DNA of 63,738 nucleotides, filler included, from Choristocarpus tenellus KU-1152 (lineage: Eukaryota > Protista > Phaeophyceae), in assembly GCA_964200185.2 (NCBI GenBank). It is 10 parts of 10 records of this genome, joined end to end, with 100 filler letters (N's around TTAATTAATTAA, not from the genome) between each part and the next. Parts side by side here need not be neighbours in the genome. Positions count along the whole stretch, not along the records: positions 26,455 to 39,099 come from CAXNAD020001756.1; positions 39,200 to 49,199 come from CAXNAD020003217.1; 8 more parts are not named here. One strand, written 5' to 3'. Below the pieces are notes generated by a model. The model had not been told where the DNA came from, made no database searches, and saw nothing but the letters and a program-made list of their open reading frames with translations. Below, one piece after another: positions 27,401-40,420 of this stretch. The position numbers and the translations under genes are program-made. How positions within the stretch are numbered: position 1 is the first letter of the stretch; every line of letters begins with the position of its first letter.

Positions 27401-27829
27401 AAAATACATACATTATTGCAGCTACAGTGACCACGGATTGTACTGTATTTGTTGAACTTCCATTCCACCCCCTTACTACCTTTCTCTGTAAGCAATTAGG
27501 ATCGTCCCACCACAAGAGACTCATCATATTGACTGTGCCAGTTATTACTGCACTTCCACCTTCCCATATTAATCGAGAATAAACTAATTCCTTGCTTTAT
27601 TACCCACCTACACAGCACCACCAACACATGACACAAAACTGAGCCAGCCTGACTGAACCTAACTATTTGTGCTGACCCTTCTGCCCTCACGCTGCTAAGG
27701 TTACCTAACAGAATATCATCTGTGCGCTCTCTATAGTGCACTCAATGTAGAGGGGAATGTTTTACTCCATTCACTACTCACACATACCTAGACTTAAACA
27801 GGTATGGTAGGGATTTTTTCGCCGTTGCC

Positions 27830-28420
27830 TGACATGAAGCACATGGCCAAACCAATCGAGAGGTTGGCAAGGTTACATTTTCAGGATCCCGAGAAAGGTT
27901 CAAAAGAATTCATTTTGTAAAGTCGCAGAAAGACCCTTTGCATCGCTGTGGTGCCACTTTGTGTGCTGAACGGGGGAATATCAATTTTGCGGACACAGTT
28001 GTGCGCATATAGATATGGAATAGATTGCATTGCACAGAATAAGAAAGGTGGTTCAGAATGCAAAACAGTCCCAACCTGCCTACCTCTCAATTGGTTTGTC
28101 TCAAGTGCAGTTACAAAGAAATGAATGGGAGCAAATATGTATGGCAAACCTGTTTCACAAATAGATTATTGGGGTAGCCAAACGACCAGCAATAAAAGGT
28201 TGCACCACTTGCTTTCAAGGTAATGTCGGTGAGGCTTGTATGTTGGAACATACTCTGACCAATACCCCCTCAGCGGGAAAGCGAGGGTTTACTCCTGAGT
28301 CATTCTTGTCTCTGCTGTTTCACCAATTGAGTTCATTAAAATCTGCTAGAAGGCTTTGATCAACACAATCATGTTGCGATGTGGAACACCATATCATAAG
28401 AGGGAATAGATTGTTTTAGC
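27830..28420 (+). repeat. Old dispersed repeat family C, copy 2
   Basis: Colinear with the reverse complement of ~23900-24420. Confidence 0.7.
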
Positions 28421-30662
28421 TTTTGTGTGTTGTAAACATTCTTGAGTTGCCTCAGGTGTTTGTCCAGTTGATGCCCTTAGCACATTATCCAAATGCCTTC
28501 CTGGTCCCAAGGTATGTGTGTGAGATCAAGGGGACCCTTCTAATTCATAAGAAATGCTGAAAAGTGGTTAAATGTGAGCTTCAAAGAGACAAGCGATTTA
28601 ACCATTCAGATAACATACAACCTGTGTGTTCGATCAGTAAGGGTAGACTCATCCATTAAGCTAGCTCTGCATTTATTAGCTACAGTAAAATAGAGAGAGA
28701 GATCTGGAAGAAAAAAATGAGAAGGATCAACGTCAGTAGAAGATACTTCAGACGGAATTGAGAACCCAGTGCCTGTGTTGTAGATGTAATAGGTTAACAG
28801 GCAGATCTTGAAATGACATACAGGGCTTCATTTATGCTTACAATGTAACATTGCTCTGGACTCTAATATTCTGCATTGCACAAAATCAGGTGCAGAGCAA
28901 TTCAAGCAAGAAAGCACCAAATGTAGCCAGGTGAGGACTTGTAATGATGGAAATTCTAAACTGATCAGCCCTGCACACAAACTAAGGAAAAAAGTGAAAC
29001 ACTAATCAGTCATTTTTGTACGGTTGCAGAGAGGTCCCTGCTATAGGGGAGGGGGGAATATGACAATGCCCAAGAACCCACCCACAGCACTGGCACATTT
29101 AACATATCCACCCTACTGTAGTGTGACACCAAAAGATATTTTGTCCTGTGAATCCTCTCACCCTTCAATGTTGCCATCGCTACACACTGCACAGAAAAAG
29201 CATGAAATGATCATACCCTATACATCAACAGTCATCTCAAGTTGTACGAATAGCTCAAGGAAGAATTAGTGTTGAAGTCCATCAGGAACTCCCAATAACA
29301 CTAGACACAAACCGGCATGATTACCTACACCGATTTTGCCCCCAAGAGGTGTCGAAGTAACAGAGAGACCTCTGCCAGTCTGCATTATTCTTTCCAATAG
29401 TTACCTTAGCACAGGCACCACAATAGCAGCACAACATACACAAGAGAAGAGAGTCCTTGAATAATTGCAGAAAGCAATTCATTCTCATTGAAGAAAAAAG
29501 GCGGACAAGTTCTTCACACAGAATTAAAAGCAGCCAAGAGGATAGGGGACTGATTCGCTCCTCAAAACTTACTACACTTCCAGATCGTGTCCATTCTCTC
29601 ACTGATCCTTGTAAGCACGCAGTTGCAGAGAACATTAAGATTCATTGTTCAGTCAAATAATACCTGCTGCCTAAGCCAGTAGTATTGTGGTATTGAGAGG
29701 AAACAAATACCAAGTATGCTACTATTAAAGCACTGTCCTGCTATCCCACTGCAAAAGACCCGTCCCCAACAAACATGTCCATCTTCTCACTTGCAACCAT
29801 TCAATACATTTTCCCTTCCCCCCAGTCCCCTTCCTAAACTCTCACTTTCTTTTCCATAACCCATCTACAGCACTGCTTCCTCTTTTCCTGATCCCTGCCC
29901 TTTCCCTATGATAATACAATGCTGCAACCAATATCCCTCCCCCAACCACACAGTTGAAATTAAAGGCACATAATCCCATCCCCGCCTACAATCACACAGT
30001 ATGATATGGTCAGATCTCGGAAGGGTTCAGACTACACCAGCCCTGTTTCCCTTTTGATAGTCACTTCCCAATCTTCCTATCCCAATTGTCAAGGTCTTAA
30101 CCCACTAAATAAAACAATCTCATGAAAAAATCGAAAAAATCGTGCAAGTCGCATCCACCAAAGCAGATAGATCACAATCCCTTTTGCAACCTATTCTATC
30201 GCTACTTGACCTGCATAGCCATTGCCCCGTGTAATTTCCTCCCCTTGTGACACAACTGATTTGTATATTGAGCAAAAGATTATGCCATCTTCGAGGGAAC
30301 CATTCCATTTGAACTTTCAACTAGCAAGGACTATTCACCCTTCATTACAGCCACTGCAACACCTGCATCAGTTGTATTAGCCTGCCCAACATGAGCAAGA
30401 GGTCATCTGTGCAAGAGTGTAACAAGAGAGTGTTGAAAAACACACAACCCAAAACAGAAAAAAATTATGAGAGCAGATTTATGGACACTTCCACATAATC
30501 TCTGCCAATTCCCTCCTGCCCTCAATGCAGGGCAGGCTTTCAATCTCTCCCTCACCACCCCATCCACACCAATCCCCGCACAAGGTAACGCATGTCACCA
30601 TACAAATAACATACGAACAGTGCTTTTCCCCATGCAAGTGCCCCCTCTTCCAACCCCCCACC

Positions 30663-33600
30663 TCAGTCTCTCTCCCCATCCCCATTCCTGTCCTCTTCCC
30701 CACTATCCCGCCCAGGGCCCTCAGCATTGTCTTCTTCCCCTCCCCCATGACCATTTTCCTCTTCCATTGCACATGCTCCTCCAGCACCATCCTCCCTCTC
30801 CCCCCTTCCTTCCCCTCCCTCTTGATCAGAATGCCCACTGTCATCCCTCTTGTCTAACTCCTCATCTTTGCCAAGATCATCCCCATGGCCATGCTTGGGT
30901 GCGGAGCTACCATTACCAGTACCCTTCTCGTGGTCCTGCTCACCATCATCATTGTGCTCATGCTCATGGGGGTCAGAATCCTTGCCTCCCTTCAGATATT
31001 TTTCATCAGCATAGATATGGGGGGTGGGTTACAAATAAAAACAATTTAGGACAGGATAAAAATGCAAGTCCAACAAATAACCTCAAAAAAGTTCCAGAAA
31101 GCAATGTAAGGGGGTAAGTCAGATAACCCTCTATCAGGGAAGAGATTGCCAAGAACCCCATCTGAGTCCATGCTTCACACAAGGTCTCAGCAAAGAACAT
31201 ATTTTTTGAAGTCATAGTCTTGATCACTACAGAAAATCATTTATTATCAACTATAATACAGCAGTTTCACACACCCAACAAACCTCCCTCACACACCTCC
31301 TTGTCATCCCTGTTCTTGTCTCTGCCCCCATCATCATCAACATCCTCATCACGAGAGCTACGGCGCTTCCGATCCTTCTCCCTGCGGTAGGAGCGATCCC
31401 TGCTACGACTCCTGCTACGGGGACTCTTGGAGCGAGAGCGGGAGCGGCTTCCTCCGCCTCGTGAGCGTCGGGTGGGTGGGGAGGCGGAACGACTGCCCCC
31501 ACGAGAACGTCGGGGGGGAGAGCGGCTCCCCCTGCGACGGGCAGGAGAGCGACTGCGGCGCCGGATGGGGGAACGGCTCCTGACAAGACAAGAGATCGTG
31601 GGATCACAGAGAGGTGAGATGGATTGGGTTTTTATAGTGTGTTGCACTTCATAGGTTTGTTACAACTACATGAGAAATCCCAAAGCTAGGACTCCTATGA
31701 TACAATAACAAAACATCAAGACATTGCAAGAACTGTAGGCAATAGGAATGACACCATAGGCAAGATGTACACCCTCATTCAAGGTGTACATATGTATAAG
31801 GATATTAGGGGAAATAGTGGAGAATAGGGGTGGGGTGGGTGAGGTGGGGGGCAACACATTACTACTCAACTTTTCTCTTGGTTAATGAAGTTCTCAGCTA
31901 ATGCCTGCCGAGTGGGTGACATCCTTTCCACACATGAAACCACTCAATGGGGATTCATTCCATGGATCAGAGTCGTGTACAATTGGCAGAGCTTCATGAA
32001 TCAACAATCCAGTCATGAATTCAGTTGATTTGATTCATGTTGACTAGAGTGCCATGAGCAAAAAGTGTGTTGGATGAGATCAAGTCTTCACCTATCTACA
32101 AGTCGTGAGTAGTACTACACTGCAGAGCTTCATGAATCAGTACTACACAAATCAACTCGTTGTCTTGGAAGAGGAATCATATGTATACTGTTGTACCAAA
32201 GATATTATTCGAACCGTAAACTCACAAAATGCATAAAGCATCACATCAATATTTACAAACAGAATTTACCTTGAACGGCGGCCTCCTCTGCCATAGCCAC
32301 CTCCACCTCCACCTCCACCTCCACCTCCACCTCCACCTCCACCTCCACCTCCACCATAGCCTCCTCCACCGTAGCCGCCCCCATAACCTCCACCTCCACC
32401 CCTAGAAGGTCCATATGCCCCCCCACCTCCATGATCTGGTCTGCGCCGCTTTGCATACTGAATATGTGGCAGGATAAAATGATATAAACACCAAAAGCAG
32501 GTGCAGGAGAATCGAGGTCGATGAGCATATACATTATCTGGAAAAATTAAGCTATCCAATATTCAAACCTTCTTCACCTAAAAAATAAAAAATGGAATAT
32601 AAACGACACATAATAACAAAAATCTTACTGTCACATCCTGACAAACGTATTCCATCTCCACTCATCCAGGTGCAAATAGGATCGAAACAATACTTGCACA
32701 CATGACACTGCAGTTAGTCATTGCAGGACTTGTATCTGAACATCATTTCATCCACAAAATCACATCAATACCTGATAATAGACACAATTAGGTCATTAAC
32801 ACAGATATTTATCCTCTAAAGGTCACCTGGATTCGCAGCTCCCGACCACCCAGTCTTTCTCCATCTAGACGATCGATGGCATCATCAGCATCCCTCTGAT
32901 CCATGTAACGCACAAATGCAAAGCCACGCGGCTCGCCTGTACGCATGTCACGAGGGATATAAACATCTCCCAGTTCACCATACCTATTTTTGTATATTGA
33001 ATGCATCCAACAACAGCCACAAAAATAGCAAGGGAAGAGGGGTGGCAAAGGCGCAAGACAATCCCCAACCCACATGGATGGCAGGTCACAGGGGGTGCAG
33101 GAAAAGGGGAAAAGGGGGGCAGGGGAGGGGGCATGATATCAGATTAATAAGATATACAGATGAGTCGATGGCCAAGAGAGGCAACAGTACATATATGTAC
33201 ACATATAGTTGGTTGAAGTACGCACATAATTCATAGGTGACACGAAAAAAAAGGATATATATTGCGGTCGTGAGGACCTTCTCGGCCAGGCAAAAGTGTT
33301 CTGAAGGAGATGGTTCCAGTGTCAATAGAGACGCGGAGCCAAGCCAACCACGGTCAGTCAGGCAGCCTGCCTTTGATCGTGGGATAGGTTTAGGGTTAGG
33401 GTTAGGGTCCACCTCATGCGTACGCCTCCTGTCCTCTCCCTCTCTCTCTCCCTTCCCACAGCTAGATCTCGTCAGCCCCCCCGCACTCGAAACTCAGCAC
33501 TCGAAACTCAGCACTCGAAACTCAGCACAGGCAGGAAGGCTCGCCGACTGCTTAGATGGTTAACAGAGGCCCTGTCCACCAGACTCCCACTCTACCCCCC

Positions 33601-35219
33601 CATCCCCCCATTTCCTCGTCCGATGGAAAGTTTCCTCCAAGTGAGGGGGGGGAATGAGGGGGGGCTTGGTGGAGCAGGGGCACATATACAAAAAGAACGG
33701 GCAAGGGAAGAAACCACCAGCACTCTTATAATTTCCATCCATTCCGTTTAAGAGGACAAAACACCCTGCCACTCATATCCCAGGTGCATGCTGACAGGAA
33801 AAGGACAAAAATAACAGCAGAATACTTGAGATGTCCTTCAAAAGGAAGAAAAACACACATATAAACACAGAATACAACAGTTTCAGGAAAGAAGACCAGA
33901 ACTCTTTCCATTTACACCCATCCCTCCAAGAGTCCCCCCTCTCCTCACAAATTGACACAATAAAACTATCAAATCACCGAAAAGAAGGATGTGAGGCCTT
34001 GTGCACCCAGAGACAAGATAGCTACTGGACAGGACTCGGCAGGGTACTGAAGGCAGGACTGCACAGGACCGGGGACTCGAACACCACTGGATTCGCGTCG
34101 TTTCTTCTAAGGAATGGCTTGCTTTTTTTCTGGATGGTATCTCTTCTTGCCCAACTGCCCCCTAGCTCTCTCCCTCTCTCTCTTAGGTCACATGGCATCA
34201 CATTGCATTGCCATGGTCAGTAGAAATGCACATTCCATTTCTCCACACTCGTAACTCTTTAACATCCCCACCTTCCCCTCCCATCCCACCCACTAACCCA
34301 GTGTCACTCTTGCAATTGATTCTAGGGAATGCAGACGACAGGATAGGATAGCAGGAAAGATCAGACAGGAGCAGACTGAACTCGACAGAGCAGGACAGCA
34401 CAGCACAGGACAGGACTGGATATCGGACAAACTGGTACTTGGCCTTGAAACAATGATGCTTCCTTCATTTCTTATCCCTCTTTCCCTCTTTGGCACTGAG
34501 TATGATCCCAGCTCAGGCCCCGGCTTCCCTATCCTCTTCCCAGACGTGGTGGGCATAAAAAACAGGGGGGGTAGGGGGCTGTCTGGTACGGAGGCAGGCA
34601 GGATAATCACAAGCCGTCCTCTCCCTGGTCCCAAAAAGGCAACGATACCGTAAGTCACGAGGGAGACCACAAGTCAGAATTCTCACGCCCTGCACAACCG
34701 CCGAATTAGACCGGCCTGCAACACAGTATTGGTTTTCATCTGTGACAGAGAAGCGATCACATTTTTACCGAGAAGCACAAATGGACCGAGGTAATACTAA
34801 AAAACGAGCTGACTATTTGTGCTTAGACGCGCTCATATCATGCACAGAGTACGGTGAACGTTGTGAATGACGGCCACGTTGACCTTCAAGAAAAATACAG
34901 CAAGAGAAACGCCAACATCGGGGCTTACGGTTAACAAATCCTAGTATCTCCCCGCCTGAAATCCGGTAAGTTCTGAATGACCCTAAAAAATGTCGCAAGC
35001 ATGAAGCTCTCTAGCTGTTCCGTTTGGGCTACCCTGGGACACTTGCAACCAGGTGGGAGGGTAGGGGGTGAACTCTCACCTCTCGAAGGTCCTGCGGAGC
35101 TCCTCCACTGTGCAGCTGTAAGCAATGTTGTCGATCTTGAGCGTGACCATGCCATCAATATTGGGAGGACCATTCCCCCTCTGCCCAGGGTCACCGAAGA
35201 AGCTACCGCGACCACTCAT
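30663..35219 (-). CDS. SC35: SC35/SRSF2-like serine/arginine-rich splicing factor (RRM, Gly-rich linker, RS domain, acidic tail)
   Basis: Exons 35219-35080, 32983-32827, 32457-32270, 31579-31297 and 30989-30663 join in frame with GT-AG boundaries. Motifs: [15 protein letters not shown] (RNP2), [23 protein letters not shown] (RNP1), GRELRIQYAK, poly-Gly, then RS repeats. The last exon has a weaker acceptor. Confidence 0.92.
33483..33528. repeat. 14-bp tandem repeat x3 in SC35 intron 1
   Basis: GCACTCGAAACTCA three times, then GCAC. Confidence 0.9.
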
Positions 35220-35879
35220 GGTTGCTGTGTGGTCAGAGCGATATAGAGGCGCAGAGTAGGTACGAATGGTTAGGGGGAAGTTGAGGGGGGTGATCAAGAA
35301 GTACTTGAAAAAATATCATCCTCATGGCATTCTTAGGCGTGAAATAGATAGCCAAGTTCACCTAACTAACCCTTTCACCCTCAAACTCGCGCCTCCAATT
35401 CGGGTCTTGGATATGAGCGTGGGAATGGAGGATATGTTGGAAAAACCGCTGCCACACAAAAAGCAGAGTATCAGTTATATTTTGACACCAACAACAAGGG
35501 ATGCATGAAAATAAAAATCCAACGCATAATCGACACTGTTTCGACAGTGCAAGAAAGCAAGTCGCACCTCGACCTCCAAGCTCTTCGTCAGGGTGATGGA
35601 TACGAAGATGACAGATGGCTTATATTCTCCGATTTCTTAGTGCGTCTCTGTGTTGAGTAGTTTATGGTATCCTACTAATTTATACCGTATGATGAGATGG
35701 GAATCGTATAAATTAATATTTGCATATGTATTTTTTATATTGTGCCCTGTGACTTTTTGTAGGTGTGTTATATTTAAGAGAAAACAAATGAAAAGCGAGT
35801 TCAATGTATCATAAAAACCTATGAAAAAGTAACAGTTGTACAGATGTAAAAGATATTTTTCTGTATCTATTTTACTACC

Positions 35880-38800
35880 AATTATACTCACTCCCCTCTT
35901 ACGCCTCCAAGCTAGTTTAGCCTTACACCACAGGTCGAGGAGGTAGGGAAACATCCCAAGAATCTGACAGACCCCTCCTTGCCCATCTCCCTAGTGTCTC
36001 CAACCTAAAACGCATAACATGTGCCGATAGAGCCAATTGTGTTGCGACAGACATTATCTGTTGTAAACGGGATTTGACAGCTCCTTTCCTGTTGTAGCCT
36101 CCCACCCCTCTCCCCTCTACTGCGTACGTATCCAACCTATCCAGGAAACTTTCTGCTTGCTCGCCGATGCGCCCAAAACTGTCCACCACGATGGCGTTGA
36201 GGTTAAAACTACGAGGGTCAATTAAAAGAACCCTCGTAATTAGTGCACTTTCACGCCTCAGCTGCAGCAGCAGCTACACCATTGCTGGTGGATGAGTGGG
36301 GCAGATGGGAGGCGACTTGCGCTTCTGCAAACGTAACACCCAGGAGGAGGCTTTTATCCTGGTAGGAAGCTGGTCCAGCGTCCGCAAGTGCTCCAGCATG
36401 GAAGACCAGATCCATGCGGAAATTCAGAATGGTTGACCGTCCTTCATAGTGCAAGGGTCGCCCATTCCTTTGCAGAGTTGACCTAGATGCTTCACCATTG
36501 GAGTGTTGGCGGACCTGTCTGCCTGCCTCAGGGAAGGTAGGAGCATGACCAGTGTTCACATTCTGCCTCCTGCACGCAGCCACTCGGCACCTGTTGGATA
36601 GGGCCTCCGTAGGGATCTGCTGGTGTTGGGTCTAAACTCGATGGGAGGGATCTGGCATGCTGGTTACAGGAGTTGTGTGGAGTCCCACGGATTTCCCGTT
36701 GCCAACACTGGCTTCTGTGGCAGACCACGGCTTGGAAAGAACTTTCCCTCCCTTGTTCTGTAACGTCTGGTACGTTGGCCAATTGTGTCCGGAAAGAGTT
36801 GAACTGATCCTGTTCAGGAGGCGGGAATATCTCGTTTGTGCCCTTCTTGTCGTCCTGGCATCATGGACTGCTAGAGTGTGGACCTTGGGGCAGTTATGGG
36901 GTTTTTTGTTCTCCCCCAGTTTACCCAGCCTTGGCCAATAATTCCTAACAAGTCTTCTGAAGGGACTTTTGTCGAGAGGAGGGTGCGAATGGATGATCCC
37001 AGGGCCCTGACTGTGGGGTTTATACAGATGGCTTGTGAGAAAAACTCTCCATGAGGCCCTTGTTGCCTTGGTAAAAAGGTGGGGAGAGTAGCCACCAGTG
37101 ATCCTACAAAGGCTGCATACTGGCGATACTTTGTAGAGGACAGGCCCAACCCCCCGAACTTGTGGACATCTGTGACTGTATTTGTTGGTATGTCTCCAGG
37201 CGAAGAGACATATTTTCACACACTCCTTAAAAAAAATCAGTGGCTCCCGCTGAGTCTGCTACTTCCTTTATCTTCTTCAGCGTCCACAGTGAGGTTCTGT
37301 CTGCTTGTTCTAACAGAGCGCGCCAGGTGGGTGGGAGTGACCCTTACCAAATAGCCAAAGTGGAAAAAGAGGGACCAGGAGTTGAGGAGCCAGGTAACTT
37401 GTTTGTCCTCCATCTCACTCAGGTGCGTGGCCAGCATTCGTGACCCAGAGTTCACGATCATCCCAGCCATGTGAGCTTGGACGAATCCATCTGTTTCCAC
37501 TGGAGGTTCTAGTGTAACAAAATCATTTGAGTCCGGGGCCAGGTTGATTCCAGCTGTGACCAGAAGTTCTAGTTCTGAGGGCGTGGGCTGGTGGCCCTGG
37601 TGAGGCGCAGCAAAGGTATTGTCCATGTTGAGGGCATTGCCTACCTCGTATAGATCAGTTTTCAGCTGCTCAAAAGCAGCTATTGTGGTGCAGTTAATCT
37701 CCCTTGCCGGAATGGATGTGTCGTCCAGGAAAATTCGGGAGGAGACCCCTTGTCCAGGGGTAGACTGGACCCGCTGTAATGCTTTGGTGGTTGCCATGCA
37801 ATGTAGGAGGGGGCCAAGGGGGTCCCCTTGTCGTGCCCCTGACCTTGATAGCATGATCTTCATCCCTCCCTCATCCACCGGGGAAAGAAGATCACAGGTA
37901 TCCCCATACACCTTGGACACGTAGGGTAGGAGTCCCAGCAGAGTCCCAGATAGAGCCTCAATGAAGGCTAAGCGGCGTACGCTGTTGAAGGTGTTTCTTC
38001 CATCTAGACTAATGACCCACTCACCACACTCATGCCTTAGGCGATTGTCCAGTAGGGTACGCTAAACCACATTTGGGACCCCTACGCCAAATCACCCCAT
38101 CCCCCAGAAATGTTCCTCCGGGTAGGGGCACCACTCTGCACAGAAGGGCTGAAGTGCACACCCTTCTAAAGAAAGAGCATAAGCAACCTGGCGGCACTTC
38201 CCTCCAATTACGGACAGTCTGGAGGTTTTGTGGAGTATCCCAAACTCCGGAGGCAAAGAGTCTGAGGAGGTGTAGCTAGCTCTCAAGGCTTCGCAAACAC
38301 CTCCACCGCTTCTTCATGACCAACATCTGTTGTGATGGCTGATCGGGTATGGCTGGGGTGCATTCCATTGGGGCCTGGGGCGGAGTTGCTGTTCGCCCCC
38401 ATGTAGGCTGTCTGCAGGGAGGTGGGGGTGTACTCCTCCTCAAGGGGGCAGTACCATTGTTCCCCAGACTTTGTATCCCTTTATACCCAATCCTTGCGAT
38501 TATGGCTCGCCTAAGCTCATATGGGTTCTCATTGGGGTGCTTGGGGACCAGTACCCTGAAAGACTCTTATGTCCCCGGGGCTCTGAGCTGTGATAGGAGA
38601 ACACTCGCCCCCTTGGAAATACCTCCATGGTGGTGACCAAGTGCTCCAGCTTGTTTCTGGCAGGATTAAGTGTCACCTCCGGGGGACTCCTGACGTCTGC
38701 TGGTCCTCTGGGATCGTTCAAATGGTCATGTTACCAACTCCTGGATGTTCCACAGTACTACATAGGCAAACGTTTCTTCCCTCAAGAACTCTCCATCTTT

Positions 38801-39099
38801 GGCCTGTAAAAGGCCAGAGACCAGGTGAAAAAGCTTGGACGCTCTGATAGCACCTATTGTTGGGGTCCCCCCTTATGGCCTTAGGGCAGTTACTTCATTC
38901 ATCAGGAGATCCACTGTGTGTATGAGAGCGATCACATGGGTGGTGCAAGCCTGTCAGGGACATTCTTAACCGTGGTGATGTTTACCCGCTCCAGGATCTC
39001 CATCTGGACTTCCTCAAGGGCAGAAACAACGCTTGGGGTGTGAACGCCCCATGGCAAACACGAAAGTGGGGGTAGGTGACCCAGATTTTCTTTGGGAGG
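35880..39099 (-). mobile_element. Non-LTR retrotransposon with RT and restriction-like endonuclease (CRE-clade-like), degenerate; 5' end cut by the contig boundary
   Basis: RT motifs GARQGDPLGPLLHC and IFLDD are in ORF 37237..37920. Downstream come a zinc-knuckle-like C...H.PT....RQH, an RLE motif RMDLVF...LLLGVTFAE, and VDSFGRIGEQAESFL. There are several frameshifts and stops. The 3' boundary is approximate. Confidence 0.88.
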
Positions 39100-40420
39100 N
39101 NNNNNNNNNNNNNNNNNNNNNNNNNNNNNNNNNNNNNNNNNNNTTAATTAATTAANNNNNNNNNNNNNNNNNNNNNNNNNNNNNNNNNNNNNNNNNNNNT
39201 TCAGTTGGATATGTTTGATGGATAATGTAAATGCACTTATCCTGATTTTGACCCAAATGGACACCCTGGTGTAGACCCCCCCCCCCCCAGATACTTTGGG
39301 TCCATCCTGCAAGAGGTGAAGACATGCTCATGCTGCAAGTTGAGATACGCACCATCCATCACTACTAAACGATAATGCAACACACTCACGTAAGAAAAAA
39401 GAACATACTGTCCTACAGGAGATGGAACATACTGAGACGCAATGAAGAAAAAAATATTACAGGTACGCAAGAACAGTCAGTGATACGTACATGCAGATGA
39501 TACAAATATAGAGCATGGTTGTCAGTAAGGGTTTCCCAAAATACTGAGATGTCAGAAGAAAACCTGATTTTTTCATTTTCTTGTACCTCAAACTTTGGAA
39601 TAGTCTGTGTTGATACTCGATTATCTACAGATTTAAACTTTTGTGATTCTACCCCAACCAACAAAAAAAACTTAGTAACTCAGTGATAAAAATACTCCTA
39701 CAGGACTTTGTTACGTGTATCGATGGTCAAGAGATGACTACTTGTAAATTTCTGAGCATGTGCTGCTTAGTATGTATGCCAGTCACGTGAAACATAGAAT
39801 TTCACAACGGTGCAACATGATGTGCATAAGAAAGCAAAAACAGTATGGTGCGCATGCGTACATGTATACAAGCCCAACAGAAAATGACAGCATTGCAGGA
39901 AGAAGTGGGAGCACCAACAAGTGATGCTAAAAGTTAACACCTCGAATTGCACACACACACTCCACAGGCTGCAAGATTTACATGAACTGATCAATTGAAG
40001 CAACGGTTTCAATACCTTTGTAAGTGCAAGCCAGCACCACTGATCTAAAGAATAGCCAAAGTCGTCACATTCCCTCTCTAATATGCACATACTCCCAAGG
40101 TATATGTCGCATATATTACCCTTTCCAAGGTCCCGTCTCTCCACATTCACACACTCCATCAAACAGAAGACCTTCACAGCCACCATCTCCCAATCCTTCC
40201 GCGATCGCCTACCCATTTCTCCTGTAGGCTACACGAGGCACTTCATCTCAGTCGCAAATATTTTTCAAAAATGTGTCCAGCCTGCTCCTTCCTCTCACAG
40301 ACAGACAGGCTGGTACTTTCCCATCCTCTTACCGACCTTGACATTTATGCAGAGGGAAAGGACTGATGGTATTTTAACCAAGGAACTGACTCTCAATCCC
40401 TTCAAGCACTTAGAAGCCCT

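Noticed and set aside
23900-28420. Large inverted repeat or hairpin
   Set aside because: The arms lie on different contigs, are strongly diverged, and a third copy exists at ~60.7 kb, so this is a dispersed repeat.
30467-31117. 216-aa Pro/His-rich ORF on +
   Set aside because: It is the antisense shadow of the G-rich last exon and 3' UTR of SC35.
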